DNA from: Squalus acanthias
Lineage: Eukaryota
Assembly: GCA_030390025.1 (NCBI GenBank)
Contig: JASTWF010000036.1
Coordinates: forward strand, 2,356,001-2,418,000
Direction of reading: 5' to 3'
Length of the DNA: 62,000 nucleotides
Numbering within the stretch: position 1 is the first letter of the stretch; every line of letters begins with the position of its first letter. Under the pieces are notes generated by a model. It was not told the origin of the DNA. It did not search any database and was given only the letters and a program-made list of their open reading frames with translations. Positions 37,656 through 49,635 of the stretch are shown one piece after another. A program made the translations under genes and the position numbers.

Positions 37656-38843
37656 CAAGCACTAGTATAAGTTGATAGTGAATCTATCACCTCTAAGGGG
37701 TTCCTCCTACAGCTCTATTTTGGCTTACAAATGCCAATCATCAAACAATGCAGACAAGCGTGTTTCACCTCCTTGGGTCTAGCACATTTGGAAACCAGGA
37801 AGCAATTGGATTAAAACCTCAATTTGTCTTCGGCAGATCATTTCAAATTCACCATCTTTTTTTAAAAAGTGCACTGGAGAGGTGGCCCTGATCCCTGAGC
37901 TGCAACTAAATGGTGGAACTCCAGAACATTATTCTTTTTCTTATTTCCTAAATACTTGAGATCAACGTAGCCCATGCTTCCTTTAAAAAGAATCTGATTC
38001 TACCCCTTCCCCTGGTGAAAATATGAAAGTAGGTTTCTGAAAGATGTACAAGATTGCATCCCCTCAGAAAAGCTGCTTAGTCAGACTAAAGGTACCAGAG
38101 GAAAAATATGTTTAAGAAAGGTTGTGTCTCCACTCACCCCAAGAAGTGTATGTTCTACCTCAGTCTCCGTGGGTATCTATTGAATCTCCATGAATTTAAA
38201 GCTACCATTCTGAAATTGAGGAGTTCCCTCTGTAATGTACAGAATGTGGAATACAAAGAGAGAAGATGCTCCTGCTCTTCTAGAAGGGGATTTTTCCCAG
38301 ATTATGAAAAGTTTTTAATGGTTTTGTCTAGATCTGGACCACAATGATTTCCTCATTTGGCTCTGAAACAGGGTCTGCTACCCAGTGGCAAATATACAGG
38401 TTAATTCCTTCAACTCCCATATCCTTGGTAGTTACTAACAGATTATCAATGCCAGTATCACAGAGGAATGTAGTCATAAAACTCTCATGCAGTGTGGTGG
38501 TTGTGGACCTAGACTATCATCAGGTTTAAGCACCAAGAACCTTCATGTGTTAGAGAGGTCAGGCTTGCATCCACTTTAAGGATGCCCATATTCTTCTGCC
38601 ACTGCTCCTTAAGCAATTTCTAATGGGATAACAATGCTTTTTGTTACATTGAAGGAGACTGAACATAGCTAATTAACTCAGAAAGACTTGCATTTACCTA
38701 GCACCTTATCATGCCCTTCAGAAATGTCTCAATGCATTTCATAAACAATTAAGAGCAGTGACTTACACAGGCAAGAGCAGCAGCCATTTTACACACAGTA
38801 ACTGTGTGCACTGCACATTTGTGTTCCCCACTTTAAACATATT

Positions 38844-39024
38844 GGGGGTAATCTTGACTTTGTGTGATAGTGTATAATGGATGATAGTGAATCGGTAGCC
38901 CGTTTTACATCTCTCCCGATTTTTATTTCCATTCAATGGAAATAACAATCTGGAGAGCTGTAAAACGGGCTACCAACTCACTATCATCCATTATACACTA
39001 TCACACAAAGTCAAGATTACCCCC
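38844..39024. mobile_element. Palindromic 181-bp MITE (Harbinger/Tourist-like), TSD ATT
   Basis: Almost the whole element is an inverted repeat, GGGGGTAATCTTGACTTTGTG... to ...CACAAAGTCAAGATTACCCCC, flanked by ATT/ATT. Confidence 0.88.
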
Positions 39025-40559
39025 ATTCTGTCTGTCTTGATCAGATTTTGGGAGTACAATATCTGACAGCTCCTTCAGTTTCTTCACAAATGGTTCTAGC
39101 TGCCAACCTATGCTGAATTCTGAGCAGTTTTGCATTATAGGTTGAAATGCATTTCACTTTGGATTTCTAAATGTCGGAGAGGAGACTTTCATCCAGTCAG
39201 TCTGGACTGGATTCAAATGCAGAACCAGAGGTGAAAGGATAATGTTTTAAACCCATTGCTTCACCCTGTTCCTTCTGAATTAGCTTGTTTTGAAACACCT
39301 CTGATCTCTCACTGTGCCTTGCCTTGGCCAGAAGCCAGATGGCTGCCAGAGAAAAAATGTTGACTTTATTTTAAAAAAAGGATGAAGTGGTGTATTTTTA
39401 GTATTACCTTTTTCTGACACAGAGATTACAACACTCAGTGGTACTGAGCATCACTGAGGGGAAATGGTGGGGGAAATCTAACTAGAAGATTGTTTTTTGG
39501 CATATATGGTAGCAGGATATTAACACACGGAGAGTATTAATTTGTTTTTTTTGTTGAAACAATGCAGAAGAGTGTCATCCTCTTATGAGCAAGCCACACA
39601 AATTTAATTCCGCTCCATTTTCTTAATTAAATGATTTTATTTTTCATATCTTAAAATCAGAATTGGATATCACACTGCTCCCCATACTTGAGAGGTAAAA
39701 AGACTAGCGAGAGGAAGTGCTATCTCCAGAGCCTTATACTGACTGATTAATTGGTCCTGAAATTTGATGACGTACCTGTTGATCATCCTGGATATGATTG
39801 TTCCAATCCCATGGTGCTAGGTCCAAAGATCAGAGAAGATAGCCGATAAAACAGAGAAGAAAATATAGTTTTCCGCCTCCAAATTGGTTCCCTTCTCTCC
39901 CAAAGTTTCAAATCGTGCTGGCCTATGGTTCTAAGAATGGCAGGTGCCCTCTACTACCTTGACCAAGTAGCTATTCTTCATGTGCGAGCTTAGAGAATAT
40001 TACCAGGCTATTTGACTTCAGCAACATCACAAATAAGCTCTATCTTGGTATCACTCAATTTCCACAAGTGCGTACGTTCTAGGAGTCATCCGATAACAAT
40101 CAGGAGCTGGAACTGTGGCTGATTTTTCCCCTCCCTTGCCCAAGTGTACTGAGCCAATTGAAATGCCACTTCTGATGTCCAGCTGATAGCAACTAACTGA
40201 GCACAGACTGATTGAACCCTCCTGGTCTGTCTGGCTCAGTTCCATAACAAACTGTGCTTTTACCAACTGAGCCATTGGGGCAGCTTACAAGAAGAATTAA
40301 TCAAAGAGAAAAAAGTAAAAGCAAAAGTGACGAGAGAACAAAGCAATTTGTAATTGAAACTCAATACTGAATGATAGATAGTAAGAAGCATAGGCTTCTC
40401 TTCACTCTTATCCTGCACCACAATTTATCAGCAAACCCAGCCATCAGTAGTATTAATCCATCGTCAAGGTATAAAATCTGAGTGCCAGAAGGTCCCTTTA
40501 AGAATTGCATGCCATCTCCCTCAAATTAATCTTGTGCTTCAAAAGATTTGCAATACTGC

Positions 40560-42550
40560 AGAAAAGTAAGATTTGCATTTTTTAAAGCACCTTTCACATC
40601 TCTCAAACGTCTCAAACTACTTCACGTACAACAAATTACGCTGAAGTGCAGTGACTGCTGTTATGGAGGCAATTACAGCTGCCAATTTGCGCACAGCAAG
40701 ATCCCACAAACAGCAAGGTGATGAATGATCAGTTGATTGGAAAAGGCAGTCAGGCCCTCAGTTTAATGTCTCGTCTGAAAGACGGGACCTCTGATAATGC
40801 AGTGTTCTCTCAGTACTCCACTGGAGTGTTAGCCTAGATTTTATGGTCAAGTCCTGGAGTGGGGCTTGAACAATCTTCTGACTCAGAGGCAACAGTGCTG
40901 CCAAGTATCACAATAGCATTTTTAGGAAAACAAATGAAGCGTACTGCTAAGTTTCCTCAGCTGGTTAAACATCATCAAACAGTCAGTATAAATAGATGCT
41001 GACTGTTCAACATTAAAAGTGTAGAAATAACAACAGAAAACGCTGGAAAAACTCAGCAGGCCAGGCAGCATCCGTAGAGAGAGAAAGAGAGTTGACGTTT
41101 CAGGTCGATGACCTTTCATTAAAAGTGTAGAATCTGGTTGTGTTTCAGAACCTGTGTGTGAAATGCAATGTAATATGGAATATATATTTAGGCAATAATG
41201 AATGGGAAAAAAGAAAGACTTGCATTTATGTAACACCTTATCACACCTCTCAGAAACCAAAGTGCTTCACAAGCAATGAATGACTTTGAAATGCAGTGGC
41301 TGCAATGCAGGCAAAAGTAGCAGCTATTTTGCGCAGAGTAGGATCCCACCGCCGCCACGATAAATAACCAGTTAATCTGTTTTAGGTATTATTGGTTGAT
41401 TGAGGAAAGTTGGCCAAGACACGAGGGAGAATTCCTTGCTTTTCTTTGAATACTACCATGGGACCTTCATGTCCACCTGAACCAGTAGAAGCAGAGGGGA
41501 CTTTGGTTTAACATCTCATCCAAAGAATGACACCCCTTACAATGCAGCATTCCCTCCATACATTATGGGATATATTTAGGCAATAATGAATGGGAAGAAA
41601 GAAGGACTTGCATTTATAAAGCACCTGATCGCATTTCTCAGAAACATCTCAAAGGTCTTCACATACAAATGAATTACTTTCAAGTGCAGTGATTATTATG
41701 TAGGCAAAAGCAGCAGTGGTTTGCGCACAGCAACATCCCACAAACAGCAGAGATGAGTGACCTTTGTTATTATCAGCGGAGGAAGGAATGTTGTCTAGGA
41801 CCACCGAGAGAAGCCTGGTTCTTCTTTGAATAGTACCACGGGATCACACTCTGTCAGTACTGCATTGTAATGGCAGCCTTGATTACAAGCTCTAATCCTG
41901 GAATGGGGATTAAACCCACAAACTTCTGACTCAGAGGAGAAAGTGCTGCCAAATAACACCAAGAAAAAAATGGGGCATATTGCTAAGATTTCTCAGTAGA
42001 TGAAACAGCATCAAAAAGTCCATAGATGCTGTCTGATTATCAACAGCGTTAGAAGTGGAGAAACTGGCTGTGTTTCAGAACATCAGTGTGAAATGCAATG
42101 TAATATTATGGGATATATTTAGGCAATACTGAATGGGATGAAAGAAAGACTTGCATTTATATAGCGCCTTATCATACCTCAAAACACCACAATGAATTAC
42201 TTTCAATTGCGATGTAGGAAAATTCAGCAGCCATTTTGCGCTCAGCAAGATCCCACAAGCAGCAATGAAGTGACTAACTACTTAGTCTGTTTTTGGTTGA
42301 GGGAGGAATGCTGGCTAGGACACCAGGAGAACTCCCTGGTCTTCTTCAAATAGTACCATGGGATATTTAACCTCCACCTAAATAGGCATATGGGTCCTCA
42401 GTTTACATCTCATCCAATAGTTGGCAACTCCGATAATGCAGTGCACTCTTAGTACCACACTAGAGTGTCAGCCTAGGTATTGAGCCCAAGTCCTGGAACG
42501 AAGGGCTTCTGACTCAGAGGCGAGAGTCCTACCAACTGAGTCAAGCTGAC
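40560..42550 (-). repeat. Old tandem array of four SacSINE1-like copies with shared flanks
   Basis: TATATTTAGGCAATA(A/C)TGAATGGG...GACTTGCATTTAT recurs at about 41183, 41571 and 42114. Spacer 40905-41210 resembles 41950-42140. Confidence 0.75.
41027..41116 (-). mobile_element. Short Penelope-like 3' fragment (truncated hammerhead) with 16-bp TSD CATTAAAAGTGTAGAA
   Basis: TSD copies at 41011-41026 and 41117-41132. Reverse complement reads ATGA A AGGTC atc GACCT GAAACGTC AAC. Confidence 0.75.
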
Positions 42551-42959
42551 ACACAGAAGGTATCAGTTATGGTGTTTAACTCACCAATGATCATGTTACC
42601 ATGACGCAGAGCTGAATGTGTGAACATAAAATAGATCAATGTACACTTTGAGTTCATTATTGTCATTAAGTTATGGGTTGGTAAAGGTGACTCCGTAATC
42701 TCACATTCCCAGTTGGGAGCCATGCTTGCAGGGAAACTTGAGGCTACAATATTATAGGCCTATCTCCATCCCATAATCCCTGCAAGTGCAGCTCCTTGCT
42801 GGCAGTGGGAATTGTAGAATCACCCTTTGTGTATTTATTTTTTAAGTTTATTTTCTACTGCTGACTAGGAGTCCTTTGCTTTCATAGCAGCATTTTTGGC
42901 ACAGAACAATTAGAAGTGTGAAGATTAGCAAAACTCACCTTTTATGGGAGTGGAGAAAA

Positions 42960-43375
42960 GGATGCCAGTAGTGAGGAGTGGAAGAGTTTTCCACTTTTGT
43001 CACTCGGTGTCAGCATCAAGCACTTCAAGATCAGGTTACAGCACAGCCAGATGCAGAGCAAAGCTCCCTTTGCTCTGTCCCAATAGTGAGCCCTACCCTC
43101 AGGTTCAGAAGAGCACCTCCTATTGCACCAGTGCGATTTTTTTCCACTTAGCAAAGCATATGCTCTCTCTGACCGAGATTGGCAATTAATGTGTCAATTA
43201 GTCCTGAATGATGGCCAGTTTTGTGTTATTGGATCATAACAACCAGGAGACTACCCCCCAAACGCATTTCATTCAGGACACTTATAACCAGCAGAGAGGA
43301 GAGACTTTCATCTCATCAATCCAGACTGCATTCAAATCCAGGCACAGCAGTAAGTTAACCCACTGCAGCATTCAG
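42960..43375 (-). mobile_element. Ancient tRNA-derived SINE, LF-SINE-like
   Basis: Head TTTGAAT(C/G)CAGTC...GATGAAAGTCTC shared with 39180-39260. The 3' part is similar to 49060-49270. LF-SINE resemblance is from recall. Confidence 0.4.
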
Positions 43376-43874
43376 GGCCTTGTATTTGTTTTTTTGGAAA
43401 CAAATCTCAGCCAGAATCCTTCTTCAGGCTTAACTGCAATCTCATGTACATTTGTGAAGATGGATCCAACACAACGTATACTTTGCTTTCTCCATTTAAG
43501 ATCGTGTCAATAATTTCACACTGGCATATTGTGTGTGCTTAGGGTGCCCCTAAAACAGACAGGAGAAAAACAACCGTCAACTCCGCTTCTTTAATGCTTT
43601 AGGCATTGAAAGGGGTACAATCCTTAAGGCTCGACAGTACTAATTGTAATCAGTGGTGCACAATGGGGTCTGGAGCTGCGAAGGGGCACTGTCTTCATTG
43701 CAGGAAGGTGGGGGGGGAGAAACAGGCACAAGAGCAGTGCACCATTTTTGCCACAAGCAGCTCACATTTGCAATGTGCAATGACACCTTTTGGTGGGGTG
43801 GGGGGGGGGGGGGGGTTTGCGCCGAGCAAAAACATGTTTCGTTGAAGACAGTACCCCTTTGAAACAAGACCCCG

Positions 43875-43948
43875 AAAAAAAGAACTGAACACAAAAATCC
43901 ACACCAAGACAGCCTCAACCTGGTAGAGTAAAAAGTGTAATATTTATT
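43875..43948 (-). terminator. SCN8A: Polyadenylation site: AATAAA (43943-43948), CA about 21 nt downstream, then a GU/U-rich element
   Basis: Minus strand reads AATAAA tattacactttttactctacCA ggttgaggc TGTCTTGGTGTGGATTTTTGTGTTCAGTTCTTTTTTT. Confidence 0.7.
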
Positions 43949-46244
43949 CGTTAGACTGTGTTAATAATGTAGCTTTAACCATCATTGTTTGGGTAATAGC
44001 ATCATCCACCATGCATTTCACTAACACATTACTAGTCAAGTTTACTACTAAGATTTTAAAATTACAGTTCACATCTGTGTGGCAGAAAATGAAAACCAGG
44101 ATGTGGCTTGGTTCTTTGCTCTTATGACCCCATTCTATTGATACCATTCAGAGCAGTTTAGGTAAGGACAGGCAATTACTGTGAGCCCATGAGCCCCGGA
44201 ATTGACGCTGGACAACATCAAGGATCTTGCTGCAAAACAAAAATGAAAACAAAATGCATCCACGATATGCTGCTGCTTTCTAATTGCACTATTTATTTTG
44301 CCGCCTACTCTTTCCTTTGCCAGTTTCTGATCTCTGCAAATTAGCGCGAAAAATCTAATTCTGAACAGATTTGGTCTTAAATGGATTTATTGCACAGAGA
44401 ACCAGAGAACAGTGGGTTTTTAAAATTTGTCGTCTTTACAATTTGCCATTCTGCTTCTAGAATTGGGATGTTAACAAATGAAAAAGTATCCATGGATCCA
44501 AAATAACAATTGTGACAATGGCATCAGCCTGAAGCCATTCGATTTAATTTTGTAATTTTTTTTTGTTGTATTTACAAAAAATGCATGCCGATAAAATAAA
44601 ATGATATATTACAATATTTATAATATTCTCTTAAAAATTCCAACCACACCTTTCAGCATTCGTTTGTGCTGCTTACAACATAGCCTGTACATATATGTAT
44701 GACTTTTTTTTTGTTTTATACATCATATTCTAATTGGGGAAGCTAACGAGGGGAAAAACATGACTCCTCATTCGGTTGTCATCTGTCGCAGGATGACCGT
44801 AAATGAAATGAAATGAAGCCGCACGGCCTGCCACTTGCACTCAGCACTGTGACTTGTCGTGCTATTTATATTTATTTCTTTTTTTTATTATTCATCGTTT
44901 TTTTTAAACAAATGTGATTATTAGAGAAAAAACATTATATGTGACTACAGAAGCAAGAAAAACATGCATCAAAGTGCCAACTGCAAACCATCACTGATGA
45001 AGGTGTAAATGTTCATTTTCTTTTTAAAGGATATTGGAAATTCAAAAACTGTATCAACTTGGATTAATACACATCTTGGTGCTGCGTATACCCTATTATC
45101 CAGTACCCAAAAATTGCACCACAGAGATAAATTGCCATGTACACAGCATTCCTTACCTCCGTATAAAATGTCTACTCTGCAATATGAAGGTGATTAATCA
45201 ATACTGCAAGATACAAATGAACGATCTTTAAAGCCCTAGTTTTGGTTTACATTGAAATTTAAATACAACAAGCCATTCTTGTATTTTAATTTTCCCCTTT
45301 AAGGAGGATACAGAGCAGCAATTTATGTGCAACAATGGCTGTATGTTCAGAACATTAGCTATTAAACATACACGCAACCCCCCTTTTTTACTTCTACTGA
45401 GGTTGGATGAATGATTCATTAAAGAGTTTGTAAATACTTGTGAAGGGCATGATATTAGGCTGTCCCCCAATATAGTGTATGTTTTACAGTGGAACGCCTC
45501 AGCCATCAGACAAAACCACTGGGTGGACAAAGTACTTGTGTCTGTGGTCTATGACTCTACATGCATGATTTCTGATCACAGCATGCTATCATGCAAATCA
45601 TTTCTATGCATTGAACGAGCACATTTTTTTTGGAATCGGCCTGAGCAAGTCCCCCTCAGTCCGAAAAAACCCCCCACTTACCTCCCCTTATCCCCCAACA
45701 ACATGGAGCCCATGTAGAAAAATATGCAGATATAAGAAAGAAACCGTGACTAAAAATAATGACATGGGCTAAATGTTACACTTGCGGAACAGATAATGGA
45801 AGGAGGCAACCATAATTTTGCATGGTCAAACAAACCTTGGTATTGTTTTTCGTCTGAAAGAGTGAAATAAAATGAGAAAATAAAATCTGTCTGTCTGACC
45901 CCCTTGGCAATGTACTGATCCTAGCAGCCATTTTGTTTGTCCTTTGTTGCAGTGACTGCTGAAGTACTGTAGATGCAGTAACCACCTGTTGGAGTTTATT
46001 GAATCCCCTTTGCTGTACAGGGTCCTAGTGTCATGACAGGGGAAGGTCACTGCCGTCTAGGCAACAACTTTATATTGTAAGCAGATTATGTTTGGTATAG
46101 ATCTCTAGATGAGAGTTCTTTTTGTTCTAGAAATTGGGTCACTGTTCTGCATTGATATATATATATATTATATATATATATATATCTCTATATACTTTTT
46201 TTTTAAAGTCTGTAAACAACATTTGCTTGCAAATGGAATTTTTT
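43921..46244 (-). other. SCN8A: SCN8A 3' UTR (~2.3 kb, AU-rich, largely free of transposons)
   Basis: Non-repetitive AT-rich sequence follows the stop codon and ends at a strong poly(A) signal. The end point is inferred. Confidence 0.7.
46147..46193. repeat. (TA)n microsatellite in the proximal 3' UTR
   Basis: Seen directly in the sequence. Confidence 0.85.
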
Positions 46245-47404
46245 TCACAACTTAGATTCCCTGATGTCTTTTTGGTTGTTTCTGCCTTTATCATTGCCTT
46301 TTCGATCCTTCTCTTGTTTCTCAGGTTTAGTTACACTGTCGTACGATGGCAGTGATGCAGTGGAGGGAGTTCCTTCCTTTTTCTCTTGATTGGTGTTACC
46401 ATTCTCATTTGCATGCCCTCCTGGCTTAGAATACGGAAGTCTTCCTTTGGTGGTGATTTTTCGCCTTGCCAAATGTGCCCTATAAGCCCGCTGAATAATG
46501 ATGGCACAAACTTCCTCGTGTTTGCGTCGAAGAGTGGTAGTGATTGGCTCGTAGGATACCTTGGAGGGATTAGACGCCACAAATCTCTCCTCCATCTGTT
46601 GCCGGAGAACATCCATTTCTCCACTCTCACCAAGTACACGCTTGGTGAATGCGAACAAGATATCCAAACAGTGAATCCTATCTCCACTCACCATGGGCAG
46701 GTCCATGGCAATGAGTTCAATGTGGTTGGGTTTAGGAACTCTGAGAGGTGCTTCCAAGGTATCAGCAAAGTCAGACAACTTGTTATACTCTATGAACTGT
46801 GTGGCATCAGGGTCAAACTTCTCCCAGATCTCGTAGAACGTCTCAAAGTCATCCTCACTCAGGGGTTCAGCACTCTCCTCTGTAGCCACGCTGAAATTCT
46901 CCAGAATGATGGCAATGTACATGTTCACAACAATCAAAAATGATATGATGATATAACTGACAAAGAAAAATATTCCCACAGATGGATTGCCACAGTCTCC
47001 TTTAACAGCAGTGCCTGGGTTCTCCTTTTCAAGGTCACAATCTGGTGGTCTGTTTAAGATTGGCAAGAGTAAACCATCCCAACCGGCAGATGTAGTGACC
47101 TGGAACAAGCAGATCATGCTGTTGCCAAATGTTTCAAAGTTAAACATATCATCGATACCATCTTCTTTCTTGACGTATGCAAAATTAGACATTCCAAATA
47201 TGGAAAAGATGAACATGACCAGGAACAACAGAAGCCCAATGTTGAACAAGGCAGGCAAAGACATCATTAAGGCAAACAATAGCGTTCGTATTCCTTTGGC
47301 TCCTTTGATCAGACGCAAAATACGACCAATTCGAGCCAATCGAATGACTCTGAAAAGGGTCGGTGATACAAAGTATTTTTCAATTATATCAGCCAGGAAC
47401 ATTC
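46245..47404 (-). CDS. SCN8A: Nav1.6 terminal coding exon: DIV S3-S6, EF-hand-like region, IQ motif, PY motif, stop
   Basis: Acceptor ccttag|GA. Contains S4 [24 protein letters not shown] and IQRAYR. The tail [18 protein letters not shown]...RESK matches recalled SCN8A rather than other Nav paralogs. Confidence 0.95.
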
Positions 47405-48790
47405 CTAAGGAAATAGAAGAGATTTTGTTAATGTCTCTGCTTTAAAGCAATTTATCTGCCACAGATGAAACATGGTACTGTAAATAACTAAAGAAATGAT
47501 ATCAGGCTGTGCAGAAATATCTTGCAAAACAGTTATCTACTGTTTATTAATTTCCTCACTTCATATCATTAACTTAATGATGAACTGTCACATTTTATTA
47601 ACTGCACAGATAGAACTGTAAACCTCAATAAATGTTACAGGTTTGGAGGTGCCTTTGGCAGAGAGTATTGCGCTACTGCTGGTGGTTAATATGCAGTCAA
47701 ACATTTATAATGTTCAGTAGGTGTTTAGCCCAAAGAAGCACCTATCTCTGTTGTTAAAGAAATTTTTGCATGAAGATGAGGGGGAAGTCCCAGGTTGAAT
47801 GGTAATCTTTGCGCTAGTATTTTCCGATTTACAATATATGATGCAGCCTAATCCCCAAGGCTTGATAAAAGTCTAAAATGTTTTCTTTCTATATTTGTTC
47901 TGCATAGTTTTTCATTTGTTCCATATCCTGTATATGCTGAACAGCATCTGTGTAATTTTCCAGTATGTAAGTGATTTGGATTGTGTTATATCCTGGAACA
48001 CAAACACAAAGTTCTGATGATATTCACAGTTTTTTTGCGGATTAATGAAAAGCCTTGCTGTAAGATACTGAGCTGCACAGACTATGAAGGTCCCAGGTTC
48101 TGGTCTGTGCTCACTGGCATTAAGGGATTCCCTGGGCTAGGGAGGGAAAAATAAAGTCAGAGTTCCAACTCCTGATTGTTGCCCAGTGACTCCTACTGGA
48201 AAATGCATGCATGGATATCGAGTGAGGGGGGAAATCGGGCTTGCCTTTGATGCCCCCCCTGCCCCCCTCAGCCCACAATTGGATAGTCTGCCAATACTCA
48301 TTGTCTAGGCTCACGTATAAAGAATGGTCACTTGGGCAGGGTACCACAAGACATCCAACACCTGTGGAACTGTAGCCCAGCATGTGTCACTTCTGTAAGG
48401 AGAGGAGGGAAGACAATTATGGTGGGGGTGCAGAACTCCCTTACTCATGTTATTGAAGGTCAAAGGAAGGATGAAGAATGAAAGAGATATCCGAGCCTAG
48501 TTTTATCCCTTTTGCTGTTATTGAACCTCCATGCCGTTGTCGTTCAGTTGGGAAAGTAAGATGGAATAATCCAAAGACTGCAGCAGCTACAAAAAATTCT
48601 CTTTCTGTGTCGGCAACAGGTTGCATGGTTTCTGGGTTGGGATAGATCTCCTTGTGACTGCTAAAGCGATGCCAATAAGCACCTGTACGTGTGTTCTGCA
48701 CATTGTTCTTTCAATTTCACATCCCACCTCGAACACTCATATCACAGACAAGCACCAATAGAAAACACAATTGTCGTCTCAGACACAAAG

Positions 48791-48968
48791 GGGGTCATTT
48801 TCACCTAACTCGATGGGCGGGATACCCACGGAATCGGGTGGTTTTACACCCTGCCCAATATTACCCTCCCTCGACTTCAACTGAGTGTAAAATTGGGCAG
48901 GGTGTAAAACTAGGGTTGCACCCAATCCCGTCAGCTTCCCGACGGGCGGGTTAGGCTTAAATTGCCCC
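48791..48968. mobile_element. Imperfect palindromic MITE
   Basis: GGGG...CCTAAC termini and an internal 19-bp inverted repeat GTTTTACACCCTGCCCAAT. Confidence 0.7.
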
Positions 48969-49635
48969 AAAGTTTCACTTTAAAAAAAAGTTTATATGCT
49001 GTAGTGATTTGCTGACATGCCTCGTCTCAATAAGCACAATAAACAAAAGAAAATTAAATGCTTTTGACTCCCAATGTCAGCGTCAATCACTCCTACATAA
49101 CATACAGCATGGGCCAAGTTCAGTATAAGGCTCCGACTACTCTGCCCCAACAATGCATCTTAACGTCAGCCTCAGACAAACACTGTACTGCAGTATTATG
49201 ACTTCCCCCCCCCCCCACATTTCCTACATCAGCTGTCCTTATGGCCTCAGACAGTGACAATGTAATGTTGGATTATCTAAGTTGATAAAACACATTTCAA
49301 GTAGGACTCATCTATTTATCTGGCCTTTACCTAGAGATCAAAGGTGAAAGAACATTGTGAAAACCTATCACAGAACCCAATCCTTGCAAAATTTGGAATG
49401 TTACCAGATTCTGATGACAGGGGTGCTGAGTATTGTAAATTTTTGCTGCTCTTTGGTCCTGTATTGACCTTCTCCCTTGCCAAGCATAGTTGCCCATCTA
49501 ATCAGTAGATCACTGGTGTAAAGCAACTGTTTTAGCCTTTACACGACTGTTGAGTACACTATGAGTGCACTGTTGGACAAACATGGGCTCTTCATTTGTT
49601 AAACTTAACAATGTTCTTTAAATATTATTACTCAC

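Noticed and set aside
37343..37690. ORFs rich in ER, SL, CV and HT repeats
   Set aside because: Translations of the GA/CA microsatellite.
46248..46256. C-terminal SKL as a peroxisomal PTS1 signal
   Set aside because: PTS1 imports soluble matrix proteins, which is implausible for a 24-TM plasma-membrane channel.
46386..47445. Plus-strand ORFs of 185 aa and 152 aa
   Set aside because: Antisense shadows of the SCN8A terminal exon, with no recognisable domain.
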